Shown here: positions 37,005 through 47,774 of the stretch, piece after piece
How positions within the stretch are numbered: position 1 is the first letter of the stretch
Layout of the letters: each line of letters starts with the position of its first letter
From: Dehalococcoidia bacterium
GTDB lineage: Bacteria > Chloroflexota > Dehalococcoidia > Bin125
Assembly (NCBI GenBank): GCA_963663235.2
Contig: CAXXNO010000004.1
Coordinates: forward strand, 96,001-160,000
Reading direction: 5' to 3'
Length of the DNA: 64,000 nucleotides
The notes under the pieces: model-generated
Told to the model about the DNA's origin: nothing
The model's database searches: none
What the model saw: only the letters and a program-made list of their open reading frames with translations
Translations under genes and position numbers: made by a program

Positions 37005-37870
37005 CTATGGGAGCGGCGGCGGCCAGATCACGGTGCGGCTGACCCGCACCCAGACGCCGTCGCCGTCGTTGAGCGTCCTCAGCGTGTTGAGGATGGCGAG
37101 ATCGCCGGGGCCGTAGCGGAGGAAGGCTTGCGCCTGGGCCTCCCACGTGAACATGGCGATCAGCGCCGTGCCCAGGTCGGCCGCGGCTTCCGCCACCACT
37201 GTGCCGTCGGGCCCGGTCCAGGCGACCAGGTTCCAGCCCCGCAGGCGCGTCACCTCGCGCACGACGGCCGGAGGCGGCACGGGCTCCGCCGGCGGGTCGC
37301 CGCTGACGACCACATTGTCGACGCGCGCCTCGTGGGTCCCCAGCGTGGTGTTGCCGGTGAAGCGGATCTCGATCAGCCCGCCCTCCGCGCCGGGCAGCAG
37401 CGCGTCAACCGTGTTGGCTGCAGGTCCGGTGGTCAGGTTGAGGGCCAACTCGTGCACCTGCACCGTGCTCCAGGTCCCCCCTCTCAGACGCCACTCGACG
37501 ACGAGCGAGCCAGGGTCGATGTTCCCGGCTGCGGTGCTCTGCCCCCAGGTGGACTCCAGGTGGACGTTCTGCAGGCCGCCCGTGTTGACCTCGCGGGACG
37601 CGCGCCCGCCCGTGACCAGCCGCAAGGAGCCGTCTCCGGCGCCTGTGAGCCGGATCGAGGCGTCACCAACCGCGCAACAGGGTCGAATTCCGCCCAGCCC
37701 GGTACGTCCCCACTGGAGGTCGTCCCGAAGTTGTCACTGAAGCGGATCTCCGCTTGGGTCGCTTCGGCGCCCCCGGCCTAGGGGCCAACGATTGCCACGC
37801 CCAGGGCACCCATCGGCCCGAGCGTCATCGTGCCGGCCAAGACCCAAATTCGGGACGGTCGTCCAGGCAT
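37005..37870 (-). pseudogene. secreted beta-sandwich protein with the shared C-terminal module; internal stop and frameshift
   Basis: RBS GGAGGG, ATG 37870, in-frame TAG at 37778-37780, FSDNFG..GW, shift near 37680 into ORF 37005-37625 ending in the CTD. Confidence 0.72.
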
Positions 37871-37891
37871 TCTCACCCTCCGTAGTCCGTA

Positions 37892-37921
37892 GCGTTGCTC
37901 GATGACGCGTTGCTCGATGAG
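37892..37921. repeat. 15-bp tandem direct repeat upstream of the pseudogene
   Basis: gcgttgctcgatgac gcgttgctcgatgag. Confidence 0.85.
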
Positions 37922-38149
37922 TAGTCGGTGTGCAGCCATACTTCGCGCGGGATAGGAGATTCTGACACAGACGATCGGAGCGAGGGCTCCCAGCGGGCGT
38001 GAACCGCCGGCAGGCGCGACGCGCTTGAGTCACGGCCATCGATCCGGGAACGACGCGAGCGTATAACGCCGGCATCAATAGACGCTGTACTCGGCGAGCG
38101 AAGTGAGCCTAACATAAGCGTGGTCGACGGGAAGAGACGGAAAACCGAC

Positions 38150-38675
38150 GTGACCACCGATCGAAATCTCGTGGCGAATCGTCGCAACGCGCTCCGCAGC
38201 ACCGGCCCGCGCACGGCGGAAGGCAAGCGGCGCGCCAGCCAGAACGCGCGCACGCATGGGCTCCTCGCGAGGACGCTCGTCGTGGACGGTGAGGACGCTG
38301 CCGCACTCGATGCCTTGGCAGGCAGCATACGGGACGCTCTCCTGCCGGAGGGCGAGCTCGAGGCGGCCCTGGTCGACCGGATCGTAGCCGCGCTCTGGCG
38401 GCTGCGGCGCTGCGGGCACGTCGAGACCGCGATCTTCGCACAGGATCTGGAGTGGATCACCGCGACCTCGCGGGAAACTGGACCTGGGCCTCCCCTTCAT
38501 CCGCGCCTCCGACGCGTTTTCCAAGCTGTCGCGATACGAGACGGCGATCGAACGAACTCTCTACCGGGCACTGCATGAGCTGGAGCGGCTGCAGGAAAAG
38601 CGCAAGGGGTTGGCCGTGCCGCCGCCGCTGGCCCGTGACGTCACGATCCGTGGGGAAACAGCCACAGGGTCGTGA
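38150..38675 (+). pseudogene. frameshifted hypothetical protein of the ANRRNA-STGP-HGL type
   Basis: ANRRNALRSTGPRTAEGKRRASQNARTHGL...WRLRR, +1 shift near 38475 to FSKLSRYETAIERTLYRALHELERLQ. Confidence 0.7.
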
Positions 38676-38904
38676 CCCCGGCGCGCCCCTGCCGCACGTC
38701 CGGCGCGCTCGTTCGGACGCCGCCGGCGCGCGATGGCCGCGGCCCCACGCCTCGCCCAATCGTCCAATCCCGAGGGCGCTCCCGATCCATGGCTTGATCG
38801 GCCAGGACGGCGGGAGCCGGGAAGAGACAGCGGGCCGATCCACTGCTCTTCCTGGATGAGCCAAGCGAACCGGTCTCCCTTGACCACTCCGGCGACGCCT
38901 CCGA

Positions 38905-39267
38905 TTGCTGCGCGAACGCGCGCAGCTCAATCAGTGGGAGGTCGCCAGGGAACTGGGCCGAACGGATACCCAGTTGAACCACATCGAAAACGGGCGGGGT
39001 GTCCCGGATGATCCCGATGAGTTTGGGCGGAATGACGGGATCGCCGTCGCGCGTTCGCTCATAGGGAAGACGGATGAATTGCAGGCCCTGCTTGGGGAAA
39101 TGGGGCGTCTCTCAAGTCGGGAGGCAGGCGAGCTGTCCCTGGCGCCTCGGCATCGTCGCGGCACGGGATTACGTATTACGCAACGGGGCATGCCCGCAGC
39201 TCGCGTCGACGAGGGCATCGAAGGAATCACCCGAACGATCGAGGGCTCGGGACAGTCGGCACGATGA
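38905..39267 (+). pseudogene. XRE/Cro-CI helix-turn-helix remnant
   Basis: LRERAQLNQWEVARELGRTDTQLNHIENGRGVP; the remainder is not recognisable. Confidence 0.55.
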
Positions 39268-40020
39268 ACCAAGCGGAGGGATGCAGGGAAGAACACCTAC
39301 CGAATCGTCATTGACTTCCTGGAGGAGGCAGAGGGATCCTCACGGGCGACCACGTGATCAGGTCCGCTTCGGCCACCGGTTCCAGAGATGGACGTGGTCA
39401 TCGACTCTCCGAAACGCCGCCGGCCCTTCCCCCGAGCGGAGATCGTAGACCGTGGCCGCCCGTCGGCCCCGCAACCACTGGCGACGGTGCCTTCGCCCGG
39501 CGACCCTGCTTCGCCGAGCAAGCCTGCTCGGCGGGACGGACGCGATCGACGCCCAGCGCTGCGATCCAGATGAACGGGACGCTCGCTCGCATCACTCCTC
39601 CTCACCGCGGTGCGCTCCGCCTCTTGGAAGCGTGCCGTCCGGCGGGCGTACCGATCCCGCAGGCCGGGACCGGACGAGCCGGCGCCGGTCATCGGTAGGA
39701 CAAAACTTACGAAACGAACCCCATGCTGTCTGGGATTCGTCCGCCGGATCCCGCGGCAGCGGGCGGTAGCGCGCCCGCGATTCTCCCGTATCGTTGGCGA
39801 CGATTCGCCGAACGAGGCCGCCGGATATGCGATGGAGCCCCCCAGGTGGCCGATTCCGCCGCCACGCCCGTATCGGCCGGGTCTGCCCCGGCGCCGCCCG
39901 TCCCCCCACGAGGGACAAGCGCTCTCCCGACACAGCCTCGGTGCGCCGTGGCTGGCGGCGCGGGCGCGTCCCAACCACGCCTTCTCCCAGCAGGAGGACA
40001 ATCGCGCGGGCGGCGCCGAG

Positions 40021-40893
40021 TCAGGCCCGCGGGTACTCGTAGACGCCGCGGCCACTCTTGCGACCGAGCCAGCCGGCCTCGACGTAGCGCCGCACGATAG
40101 TCGGCGGGACCAGACGCGGGTCGCGCAGCTCGTCGTACATGCTCTCCGCCACGTCGATGAGCACGTCGAGGCCGATGAGGTCGGCGGTGGCCAGCGGTCC
40201 CATGGCGTGGCTGAAGCCCAGGTGGCAGGCGTTATCGATGTCTTCCGCCGTGGCCACGCCGGACTCGAGCAAGCGGAGCGCGTCCAGCACGAAGGGGACC
40301 AGCAGGCGGTTGGAGATAAAGCCGGGCGTGTCCTTGGCGCGCACGGGCGTCTTCTCCAGGCTGCGCACGAACCTCTCGGCCAATTCCACGGCGTCGGGGT
40401 CGGCGGTGTAGGGCACGACGATCTCCACCAGGGGCAGCACCGGCGCCGGATTGAAGAAGTGCAGGCCCAATACCCGCTGGGGCGTCTGCGTCGCGCCGGC
40501 CAGGTTCTGGAGGGAGAGCGAGGACGTATTGCTGGCCAGCAGCCGCGCCGCGGGGCAAGCCTTATCCAGCTCCTCAAAGATGCGGCGCTTGAGATCGAGG
40601 CGCTCGCTGGCCGCCTCGATCACGACGTCGGCGTGAGCCAGGTCGCCTAGATCCGTGCTGCCGCGCAGACGGGCGAGGGCGGCGTCGCGGTCGGCGGCGC
40701 CCATGCGGTCACGCTGCACCAGCCGCTCCAGCCCGCGCGTGGCCGAGGCGATTCCCTTCTGGATCAGCGCGTCGTCGACATCCCGCAGCACCACGGCGTA
40801 GCCGCGCTGCACCGCGACCTGCGCGATTCCGGCGCCCATGGTCCCGGCGCCGACGACGGCGACCGTCTTGATCTCGGATAGCGCTGCGCTCAT
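40021..40893 (-). CDS. 3-hydroxybutyryl-CoA/3-hydroxyacyl-CoA dehydrogenase
   Basis: VVGAGTMGAGIAQ, VIEAASE, LASNTSSL, GLHFFNP, PGFISNRLL, MGPLATADLIGLD. Confidence 0.93.
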   Translation of the reverse strand: MSAALSEIKTVAVVGAGTMGAGIAQVAVQRGYAVVLRDVDDALIQKGIASATRGLERLVQRDRMGAADRDAALARLRGSTDLGDLAHADVVIEAASERLDLKRRIFEELDKACPAARLLASNTSSLSLQNLAGATQTPQRVLGLHFFNPAPVLPLVEIVVPYTADPDAVELAERFVRSLEKTPVRAKDTPGFISNRLLVPFVLDALRLLESGVATAEDIDNACHLGFSHAMGPLATADLIGLDVLIDVAESMYDELRDPRLVPPTIVRRYVEAGWLGRKSGRGVYEYPRA

Positions 40894-40926
40894 GTCGTCC
40901 TCGCTCTCGTGCGGGAGGCGGCGGCT

Positions 40927-42330
40927 TCAGGAAGCGGGCTCGCCCACCCCCTCCGGGATCGTGACCTCCGGATGCTGCGCCAGCGCGTCCCAGATAATCG
41001 CGCGGATGGCATCGTAGCGGTCGCGGCTCTGGGCCTCGATACGGACGGAGAGCACCGGGCCGGTGTTGGAGGCGCGCACCAGCGCCCAACCGTCGTCGAA
41101 GTCTATGCGCGCGCCGTCGATCTCCATGACGGAATAGAGGTCGCGGAAGTGCGCCGTGATCTCCGCGGCCACGCGAAACTTGGCCCGATCCGGGCAGGGC
41201 AGCTTCAGTTCCGGCGAGGTCACAAACGCGCGCAGCCCCTGGAAATGCGCCGAGAGGGGCTGGTCATCGGCCGCGAGCATGCGAGCGAACAGGCAGGCGG
41301 CGAAGACCGCGTCGTCGAGGCCGTAGTAGTCCTCGGCAAAGTAGTAGTGCGCGCTGCCTTCCCCCCCGAGGAGGATCCCCTCGTCGCGCATCTTGCGCTT
41401 CCCGAGGGAGTGCCCCGTTGGGGCGAAGACGGGAACGCCGCCCCGCGAGCGGATGTCGTCGACCGCGGTGAGCGAGGTCTTGACGTCCACCAGCACGCGC
41501 TCGCCGGGACGCCGCGCGAGCAGATCACGGGCCAGCACCGCCAGGATCTCGTCCGCCTGGTAGCGGACGCCGCGCTCGTTTACTAAGCCGAAGCGATCGC
41601 CGTCGCCGTCCCAGGCGACGCCGAGGTCGGCGCCATGTTGGAGCACGGCCGCGCGGAGCGCCGTCATCGTTTCCGCCACCTGGGGATCGGGCAGGTGATG
41701 GGGGAAGGTGCCGTCCAACTCGGCAAAGAGCTCGACCACGTCACAGCCGATGCGTCGCAACGCCTCCGGGCCCGTCAGGGTCGCGACGGCGTTGCCGGCG
41801 TCCGTGACCACTTTGATGCGCCGGGGCAAGGCAAAGCGTCGCGTGAGGAGATCCCAATACTCCGGCTTGGCGTCGCGCTCGCTGAGGGCGCCCCGGCCGC
41901 CCTCGAAATCGTCGCCCTGGGCGATCTCGCGCACCCGCTGGATCTCATCGGGGGCCAGGGGAATGCCGCGTCGCTCCAGCAGCTTCATGCCGTTCATATG
42001 GGTCGGATTGTGGCTGCCGGTCACGCTGACGCCGCCATCGAGGCCCCAGTGCGCGGCGGCGAAATAGAGCAGGGGCGAAGGCGCCAGCCCGATATCGACG
42101 ACCGAAACGCCCGCGGCGCGCACACCCTCGACGAAGCCATCGCGCAGCGCCACCGAGGAAGGACGGTTGTCCCGCCCGGCGACGATCTCATGCACATCGT
42201 ACTGGCGAACGAGGTAGGTGCCGTAGGCGCGGCCGATGCGCTCCGCCACCGCCGGTGTCAGATCGTCGCCCACTGTGCCGCGAATGTCGTAGGCACGGAA
42301 CATCAAAGGGTTCAAAGTGATCGGTGGCAT
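40927..42330 (-). CDS. phosphomannomutase/phosphoglucomutase, copy B
   Basis: FRAYDIRG, GRDNRPSS, TGSHNP, WDGDGDR, GGEGSAH, GWALVRASNT. Confidence 0.92.
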   Translation of the reverse strand: MPPITLNPLMFRAYDIRGTVGDDLTPAVAERIGRAYGTYLVRQYDVHEIVAGRDNRPSSVALRDGFVEGVRAAGVSVVDIGLAPSPLLYFAAAHWGLDGGVSVTGSHNPTHMNGMKLLERRGIPLAPDEIQRVREIAQGDDFEGGRGALSERDAKPEYWDLLTRRFALPRRIKVVTDAGNAVATLTGPEALRRIGCDVVELFAELDGTFPHHLPDPQVAETMTALRAAVLQHGADLGVAWDGDGDRFGLVNERGVRYQADEILAVLARDLLARRPGERVLVDVKTSLTAVDDIRSRGGVPVFAPTGHSLGKRKMRDEGILLGGEGSAHYYFAEDYYGLDDAVFAACLFARMLAADDQPLSAHFQGLRAFVTSPELKLPCPDRAKFRVAAEITAHFRDLYSVMEIDGARIDFDDGWALVRASNTGPVLSVRIEAQSRDRYDAIRAIIWDALAQHPEVTIPEGVGEPAS

Positions 42331-42387
42331 TGGCGTCCGTGATTGCGCGATTGGATCGAAGTCCGTGACGCCCGACCCGCTGCGATT

Positions 42388-43800
42388 CTATCCTCCCGAG
42401 GGCGCCGGTTCGCCGAAGTCCGGCGGCAGCGTCACCTCGGGATGCTCGGCCACCATCTGGAAGACGCGCGATCGGATCGCCTCGTAGCGGTCGCGATCTT
42501 CCGCCTCCATCCGGATCGAGAGGACCGGATTGGTGTTTGAGGCGCGCACGAGGGCCCAGCCATCGCCGAAGTCGATGCGCGTGCCGTCTGCATCGACGGC
42601 GACGGCGGCGGCGCGCAGGCGCTCCGTGATCGCCGCCGCGACGCGGAACTTGGCCTCGTCCGCGCAGGGCAGCATGATCTCGGGGGAGGTGACCAAGCGC
42701 TGCATGCCGGCGAGATGCGCGGAGAGCGGCCGGCTCTCCGCCGCCAGGATCTTGGCGGCCGCGCAGGCCGCGTACACGCCGTCGTCGATGCCGTAGTAGT
42801 CCTCCGCGAAGACGATGTGGCCGCTGGCCTCGCCGCCGAAGAGGATCTTCTCCGCCTCAATGCGCCGGCGGAGCAGCGAATATCCGGTTGGAGTCAGCAC
42901 CGGCTCGCCGCCGTGGGCGCGGACGTCCCGGATGGCGCTGAGCGAGGTCTTGGCATCGAGCAAGATGCGCGCACCAGGATGGCGCGTGAGCACGTCGCGC
43001 GCGAGCAGGGCCACGAGCCAGTCCGCGTCATAGCGGACGCCCCGCTCGTCCACCATGCCGACGCGGTCGCCGTCGCCGTCCCACGCGAAGCCCACATCGG
43101 CGGCGTGCTCTTGGACCGCCGCGCACAACTGCACCATGGTCTGCGGATCCTGCGGGTTCGGCACGTGGTTGGGGAACCCCTCCAGCAACTCCGTGTACAG
43201 CCCGATCACGTCACAGCCGATCCGCCGCAGCGCCTCCGGCCCAGTCAGCGTGGCGACGCCGTTGCCAGGATCGGCGACCACCGTGAGGGGGCGGGCGAGA
43301 CGAAAGCGCTCAGCCAGGAGCGCCAGGTATTCGGGTTTGGGATCGCGCTCGTCCAGGGCGCCGCGACCGTGGTCGAGATCGCCCGACTCGGCCAGCCGCC
43401 GGACCTCCTGGATCTCCTCGGGCAGCAGCGCCGACGCCCCGCGCTGCACGAGCTTGGCGCCGTTGAACTCGATCGGGTTGTGGCTGGCCGTGACATTCAC
43501 CGCACCGTCCAGCCCCCAGGCCGCCGCGGCGAAACCGACGACCGGGCTCGGACTCAGCCCCACGGCAGTGACATCGACCCCAGCGCCCCGCGCTCCCGCG
43601 ATCAGGGCGTCGTAGAGCGCGGGCGACGAGGGGCGGCTATCGCGGCCGACCGCGATGCGCCGGCCGTCGAATCGTCGTCGCAGATAGGTGGCGAACGCCG
43701 CTCCGAGTCGCTCGGCGACCGCAGGCGTGAACTCCTCAGCGGCGATCCCGCGGATGTCGTAGGCCCGGAAGATATGAGGATCGAGGGCGAGGTCCGGCAT
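42388..43800 (-). CDS. phosphomannomutase/phosphoglucomutase, copy A
   Basis: ATG 43800; FRAYDIRG, TASHNP, WDGDGDR, GGEASGH, GWALVRASNT. Confidence 0.92.
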   Translation of the reverse strand: MPDLALDPHIFRAYDIRGIAAEEFTPAVAERLGAAFATYLRRRFDGRRIAVGRDSRPSSPALYDALIAGARGAGVDVTAVGLSPSPVVGFAAAAWGLDGAVNVTASHNPIEFNGAKLVQRGASALLPEEIQEVRRLAESGDLDHGRGALDERDPKPEYLALLAERFRLARPLTVVADPGNGVATLTGPEALRRIGCDVIGLYTELLEGFPNHVPNPQDPQTMVQLCAAVQEHAADVGFAWDGDGDRVGMVDERGVRYDADWLVALLARDVLTRHPGARILLDAKTSLSAIRDVRAHGGEPVLTPTGYSLLRRRIEAEKILFGGEASGHIVFAEDYYGIDDGVYAACAAAKILAAESRPLSAHLAGMQRLVTSPEIMLPCADEAKFRVAAAITERLRAAAVAVDADGTRIDFGDGWALVRASNTNPVLSIRMEAEDRDRYEAIRSRVFQMVAEHPEVTLPPDFGEPAPSGG

Positions 43801-43887
43801 CTGGATCCATGCTAACCGGGCCGTAGCCGCTGCCATAGCGCACGCGCGACACGCGCCGAATCCGCCGGGCAACGCCGCGGGGGCTGA

Positions 43888-45321
43888 CTAGAGCTCTGCG
43901 AGAGCCGGACGGCTCGCGGCCCAGGCGAAGGCCTCCTCCAGGGCGGCGGCGGCGCGTATCGCCGTGACCTCCTCGCCGCCGCGGGCGACGATCTGGATCG
44001 CGGTGGGCAGCGCCTCGGGGCTGAACCCGGTGGGCACGGAGATTGCGGGCTGGAGGCTGAGATTGAAGGGCACGGTGAAGGGCGTGGCGCCCCAGAACTT
44101 GATCGCCGGCTTGCCCTCGATCTCCTTGACCCACTGGTGGTGCGGGAACGCCGGCACCGCGGTCCCCGGTGTGAGCAGCAGGTCATAGTCAAGGAAGAAG
44201 AGACGCATACGCGCCCGATAGTCCTCCAGGGTGGCGTACGCCTGCACGACTGTCGCGCCGTCCTGCGCGCGACCCTCCTCGACGGCGCGGCGGACGTAGC
44301 GGGTGAGACGGTCACCGTCGGAGTCGTAGAGCGCGCCGTGGTTGGCGGCGGCGCCGGCCATCGCGATCGGAGGGAAAATGTCAAAGGGGTAGGGGACGTC
44401 GGGGGTGGCGGCTTCGACGGTCGCGCCGCGCTCGCGTAGCTGCGCCAGGGCGCGCTCGCAGTTGGCCAAGACGGACGACTCGACCGTCGCGAAGCCGAGG
44501 TCCGGGCTCCAGGCGATGCGCAGGTCGCGCAGATCGGTGCGGTCGCAGGCGGCGAGGTAGTCGTCGGGGTCGTCGGGAAGGGCCGTGGGGTCTCGCGGGT
44601 CGGGCCCGGCCATCACTTGCAGCATCAGAGCGGCGTCGCGGACGGTGCGCGCCAACGGTCCCTCGGTGGAGATCCGCGGCATGCCCGCAGCGCGCGGGCG
44701 GGCGGTGGGGATGCGTCCTTGGGTGGGCTTGATCCCCACAACGCCGTTGAAGGCGGCCGGGAGGCGGATCGAGCCGCCGCCGTCGCTGCCATGCGCCAGA
44801 GGTCCGAGACCGGCCGCGACGGCCGCTCCGGCCCCACCGCTGGAGCCGCCGGCCACGCGCTCCAGATTCCAGGGCGTGCCGACGGGATCGCCGAGCAAGT
44901 TCTCGGTGACGGTGACCAGGCCGAACTCCGGCGTGTTGGTCTTGCCCAGGAGCACGGCGCCGGCCGCCTCCAGGCGCTCGTAGGGGATGCCGCTGGAGTC
45001 GGCGATGTGGTTTTCGAAGATCTTGGAGCCCTGCGTGGTGCGGACACCGGCAACATCGTGCAGGTCCTTGATGGAGACGGGCACCCCGAGCAGCGGCGGC
45101 AGCGCATCGAGGTCGCCGCGCGCGCGCGCATCGACGTAGCGCGCCTCCGCAGCGGCGGCCTGGCGGCGGGCGATATCAGCGGTGACGGTGAGAAAAGCGT
45201 GCAGGACCGGATTGAGCCGGTCGATGCGCTCCAGCACCTCGTCGACGACGTCGCGGGGTGAGGCATCGCCAGCACGGTAGAGCGCGACCAACTCCACAGC
45301 GGATCGAAAGGCGTGGGACAT
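43888..45321 (-). CDS. amidase-signature family protein
   Basis: LLGVPVSIKDL, GKTNTPEFG, GGSSGGAG, GSDGGGSIRLPA. Confidence 0.92.
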   Translation of the reverse strand: MSHAFRSAVELVALYRAGDASPRDVVDEVLERIDRLNPVLHAFLTVTADIARRQAAAAEARYVDARARGDLDALPPLLGVPVSIKDLHDVAGVRTTQGSKIFENHIADSSGIPYERLEAAGAVLLGKTNTPEFGLVTVTENLLGDPVGTPWNLERVAGGSSGGAGAAVAAGLGPLAHGSDGGGSIRLPAAFNGVVGIKPTQGRIPTARPRAAGMPRISTEGPLARTVRDAALMLQVMAGPDPRDPTALPDDPDDYLAACDRTDLRDLRIAWSPDLGFATVESSVLANCERALAQLRERGATVEAATPDVPYPFDIFPPIAMAGAAANHGALYDSDGDRLTRYVRRAVEEGRAQDGATVVQAYATLEDYRARMRLFFLDYDLLLTPGTAVPAFPHHQWVKEIEGKPAIKFWGATPFTVPFNLSLQPAISVPTGFSPEALPTAIQIVARGGEEVTAIRAAAALEEAFAWAASRPALAEL

Positions 45322-45436
45322 CGGGCACCCCCCAAATCTGAGGCAAGTCTGAGGCGACGCGTGGCGCGAAGCCGGGCGAGTATAACGCTGCGCGCATCGC
45401 GTCCGTCTGGACGCCACCAGGCCAGGCCCGGCTCCG

Positions 45437-47512
45437 CTAACCGGCGGCGGGCGTCCCCTCCGCGAGCAAGGCCAGCAGGGCGTCCGGCGTGGTCACGGGC
45501 AGGCTGCACGTGAAGCCGTGACAGACGTAGGCCGTGGCGACGCCATCGCGCGGCTCCTTGCCATCCAGTTGCGGCACCTGCGTCGGCGCGCCAGGCGCTC
45601 TCTGCGCCAGGGCGAGGGTGGGGAAATAACCGTCCCGGACCGCGCGCAGGAGGGCTTGCGTATCGGCGCTGTCGGGATCGCCGACTACGGTGACGGTCTG
45701 GTGTCGCTGGAGCCAGTCGAGCGTGGTGACCAAGAGCGGCATCATCGTGGGCGCGCGCGCCAGGATCAGGGCGTGCGCGCGCGCCGTGGCCTCCAAGCGG
45801 TCGGCGAACTTCCCCTCCCCGGTGAGCGCGTAGAGCCGGGCCAGCACCTTGGCGGCGTGGGAGTTGCCTGATGGGGTGGCGCCGTCGGAGGCGGGCTTGC
45901 TGCGCGTGATCAAGGCTTCGTTGTCACTGCCGGCGGTGAAGAAGCCGCCGTCGGCCTCATCCCAGAACTTCGCCAGCATCTCCTGCCCAAGCGAGAGCGC
46001 CTCGCCGAACCAGCGCTCGTCGCCGGTGGCCTCGTGGAGCGAGAGGAGAGCGTCGGCAAAGGCGGCGTAATCCTCCAGGAAGGCTGGCACCGACGCGCGT
46101 CCGCCCGCGTAGATGCGGAAGAGCCCGCCGTCGGGCCGCAACGTGTCGAGGAGGAAGGCGGCGGCCTGCTCGGCGGCTTCCAGGAAGTGCGGCGCGGCGA
46201 GCGTCGCGCCACCCTGCGCCAGCGCGTCGATCGCCATGCCGTTCCAGGCCACGATGATCTTGGTATCGGTCGCCGGCGGGATCCGGGTGGCGCGTTCGGC
46301 CAAGAGAGCCGCGCGCCCGCGCGCCAGGAGCGCCGCGACGTCCTCAGCGGACCGCCCCTGCCAGTTGGCGACGTCCTCCACACTCGCCGTCGGGTGCAGG
46401 ATGGACTTGCCCTCGAAGTTGCCGGGATCGGAGACGTCGTAATAGCGGTTGAAGACCGGCGCGTCGTCGGGGCCCAGCAGGCGCTCGGTGTCGGCCGGCG
46501 TCCAAACGAAGTACTTGCCCTCCTCGCCTTCGGAGTCGGCGTCGGTGCTGGAGTAGAAGGCGCCCTCGGGCGAGCGCATGTCGCGAAGCAGGTAGTCGAG
46601 CGTCTCCTCGGCAATGCGTGCGTAAAACGGGTCCTCGGTGAGTCGCGCCGCGTCGAGGTAGAGCGGCGCTAGGAGGGCGTTGTCGTACAGCATCTTTTCG
46701 AAGTGCGGCACCAACCACTCGGCGTCGACGGAGTAGCGGTGGAAGCCGCCGCCCAACTGGTCGTACATCCCGCCCTCCGCCATCTTGCGGAGCGTGAAGA
46801 GGGCCTGCTCCCGCGAGCGCTCGTCGGCGGCGGCGTGCGCGTAATGCAGGAGCAGGCGGGGGAAGAACGGCTGCGGGAACTTGGGCGCCCCGCCGAAGCC
46901 GCCGTCGCGCGGATCGTAGGCCTCCATGATCGCGGAGGCGGTGGTGCGCAGCGACTCGGTTGCGTCGGGCGTCGCTTCGGCGGGGGCGAGGGTCGTCGCC
47001 TTGCCCAAACTCTCGACGAGCTTGCCGGCCTGCTGCGCGATGTCTTCGCGGCGATCGCGGTAGGCGACTGCAACGGACTCCAGCACTTCGGTCCAGGACG
47101 GCATGCCCATTCGTCGGTCCGGCGGGAAGTAGGTGCCGCCGAAGAAGGGACGACCGTCCGGGAGGCAGAACACGTTCAGCGGCCAGCCCCCCTGCCCGCG
47201 CAGGAGCTGCACGGCCTGCATATAGATCTCATCGACGTCGGGGCGCTCCTCGCGGTCAACTTTGATGCTGACGAAGAGGTCGTTCTGGCGTTGTGCGGCG
47301 GCCGGATCCTCGAACGACTCGCGCTCCATCACGTGGCACCAGTGACAGGCGGCATAGCCGATGCTCACCAGCACGGGTTTGTCCTCCTGCCGCGCCTTCT
47401 CGAACGCCTCCGGACTCCAGGCGTACCAGTCGACGGGATTGTGGGCGTGCTGGAGGAGATAGGGGCTGGTCTCACGCGCCAGGCGGTTGGTATAGCTCGG
47501 TTCGTCGGACAC
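45437..47512 (-). CDS. YyaL/SSP411 thioredoxin-domain (DUF255) protein
   Basis: [55 protein letters not shown]. Confidence 0.93.
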   Translation of the reverse strand: MSDEPSYTNRLARETSPYLLQHAHNPVDWYAWSPEAFEKARQEDKPVLVSIGYAACHWCHVMERESFEDPAAAQRQNDLFVSIKVDREERPDVDEIYMQAVQLLRGQGGWPLNVFCLPDGRPFFGGTYFPPDRRMGMPSWTEVLESVAVAYRDRREDIAQQAGKLVESLGKATTLAPAEATPDATESLRTTASAIMEAYDPRDGGFGGAPKFPQPFFPRLLLHYAHAAADERSREQALFTLRKMAEGGMYDQLGGGFHRYSVDAEWLVPHFEKMLYDNALLAPLYLDAARLTEDPFYARIAEETLDYLLRDMRSPEGAFYSSTDADSEGEEGKYFVWTPADTERLLGPDDAPVFNRYYDVSDPGNFEGKSILHPTASVEDVANWQGRSAEDVAALLARGRAALLAERATRIPPATDTKIIVAWNGMAIDALAQGGATLAAPHFLEAAEQAAAFLLDTLRPDGGLFRIYAGGRASVPAFLEDYAAFADALLSLHEATGDERWFGEALSLGQEMLAKFWDEADGGFFTAGSDNEALITRSKPASDGATPSGNSHAAKVLARLYALTGEGKFADRLEATARAHALILARAPTMMPLLVTTLDWLQRHQTVTVVGDPDSADTQALLRAVRDGYFPTLALAQRAPGAPTQVPQLDGKEPRDGVATAYVCHGFTCSLPVTTPDALLALLAEGTPAAG

Positions 47513-47774
47513 GATCAGGCTCCCGTCCCAGGGCGCACCACCACCGAGGCAGCGGTTGGTCGGCTTCTTCAACCATATCGTTAACCATGTCGGCCTGGTT
47601 GGCATGGAGGGCGCCGTCGACGCGCGCCGCGCGCGTTCGTGGACACGGCGGCCGGCGCGGTCGTGGGGCTGCACGCCACCATCGCCGGGCGCGAACGCGA
47701 GCCGGAAGGTGGGCGGGGCTCTTAGCCGCACTGGTCCCTATACCTGATCTCACCGTCGCCGGAGGGCGGAGCCG

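Noticed and set aside
37778-37780. TAG as pyrrolysine or read-through
   Set aside because: The same gene also has a frameshift and no pyl genes are seen; decay is the simpler explanation.
38472-38478. GGGAAAC as a programmed -1 frameshift site
   Set aside because: The heptamer is not phased X-XXY-YYZ in the upstream frame, and the continuation is in the +1 frame.
27405-39900. Integrative element at tRNA-His
   Set aside because: The variable region lies 5' of the tRNA, I found no duplicated tRNA 3' end, and there is no integrase.
47571-47592. AACCATATCG-TT-AACCATGTCG direct repeat as an OmpR-type box
   Set aside because: 12-bp period, single occurrence, and no matching site found upstream of either response regulator.
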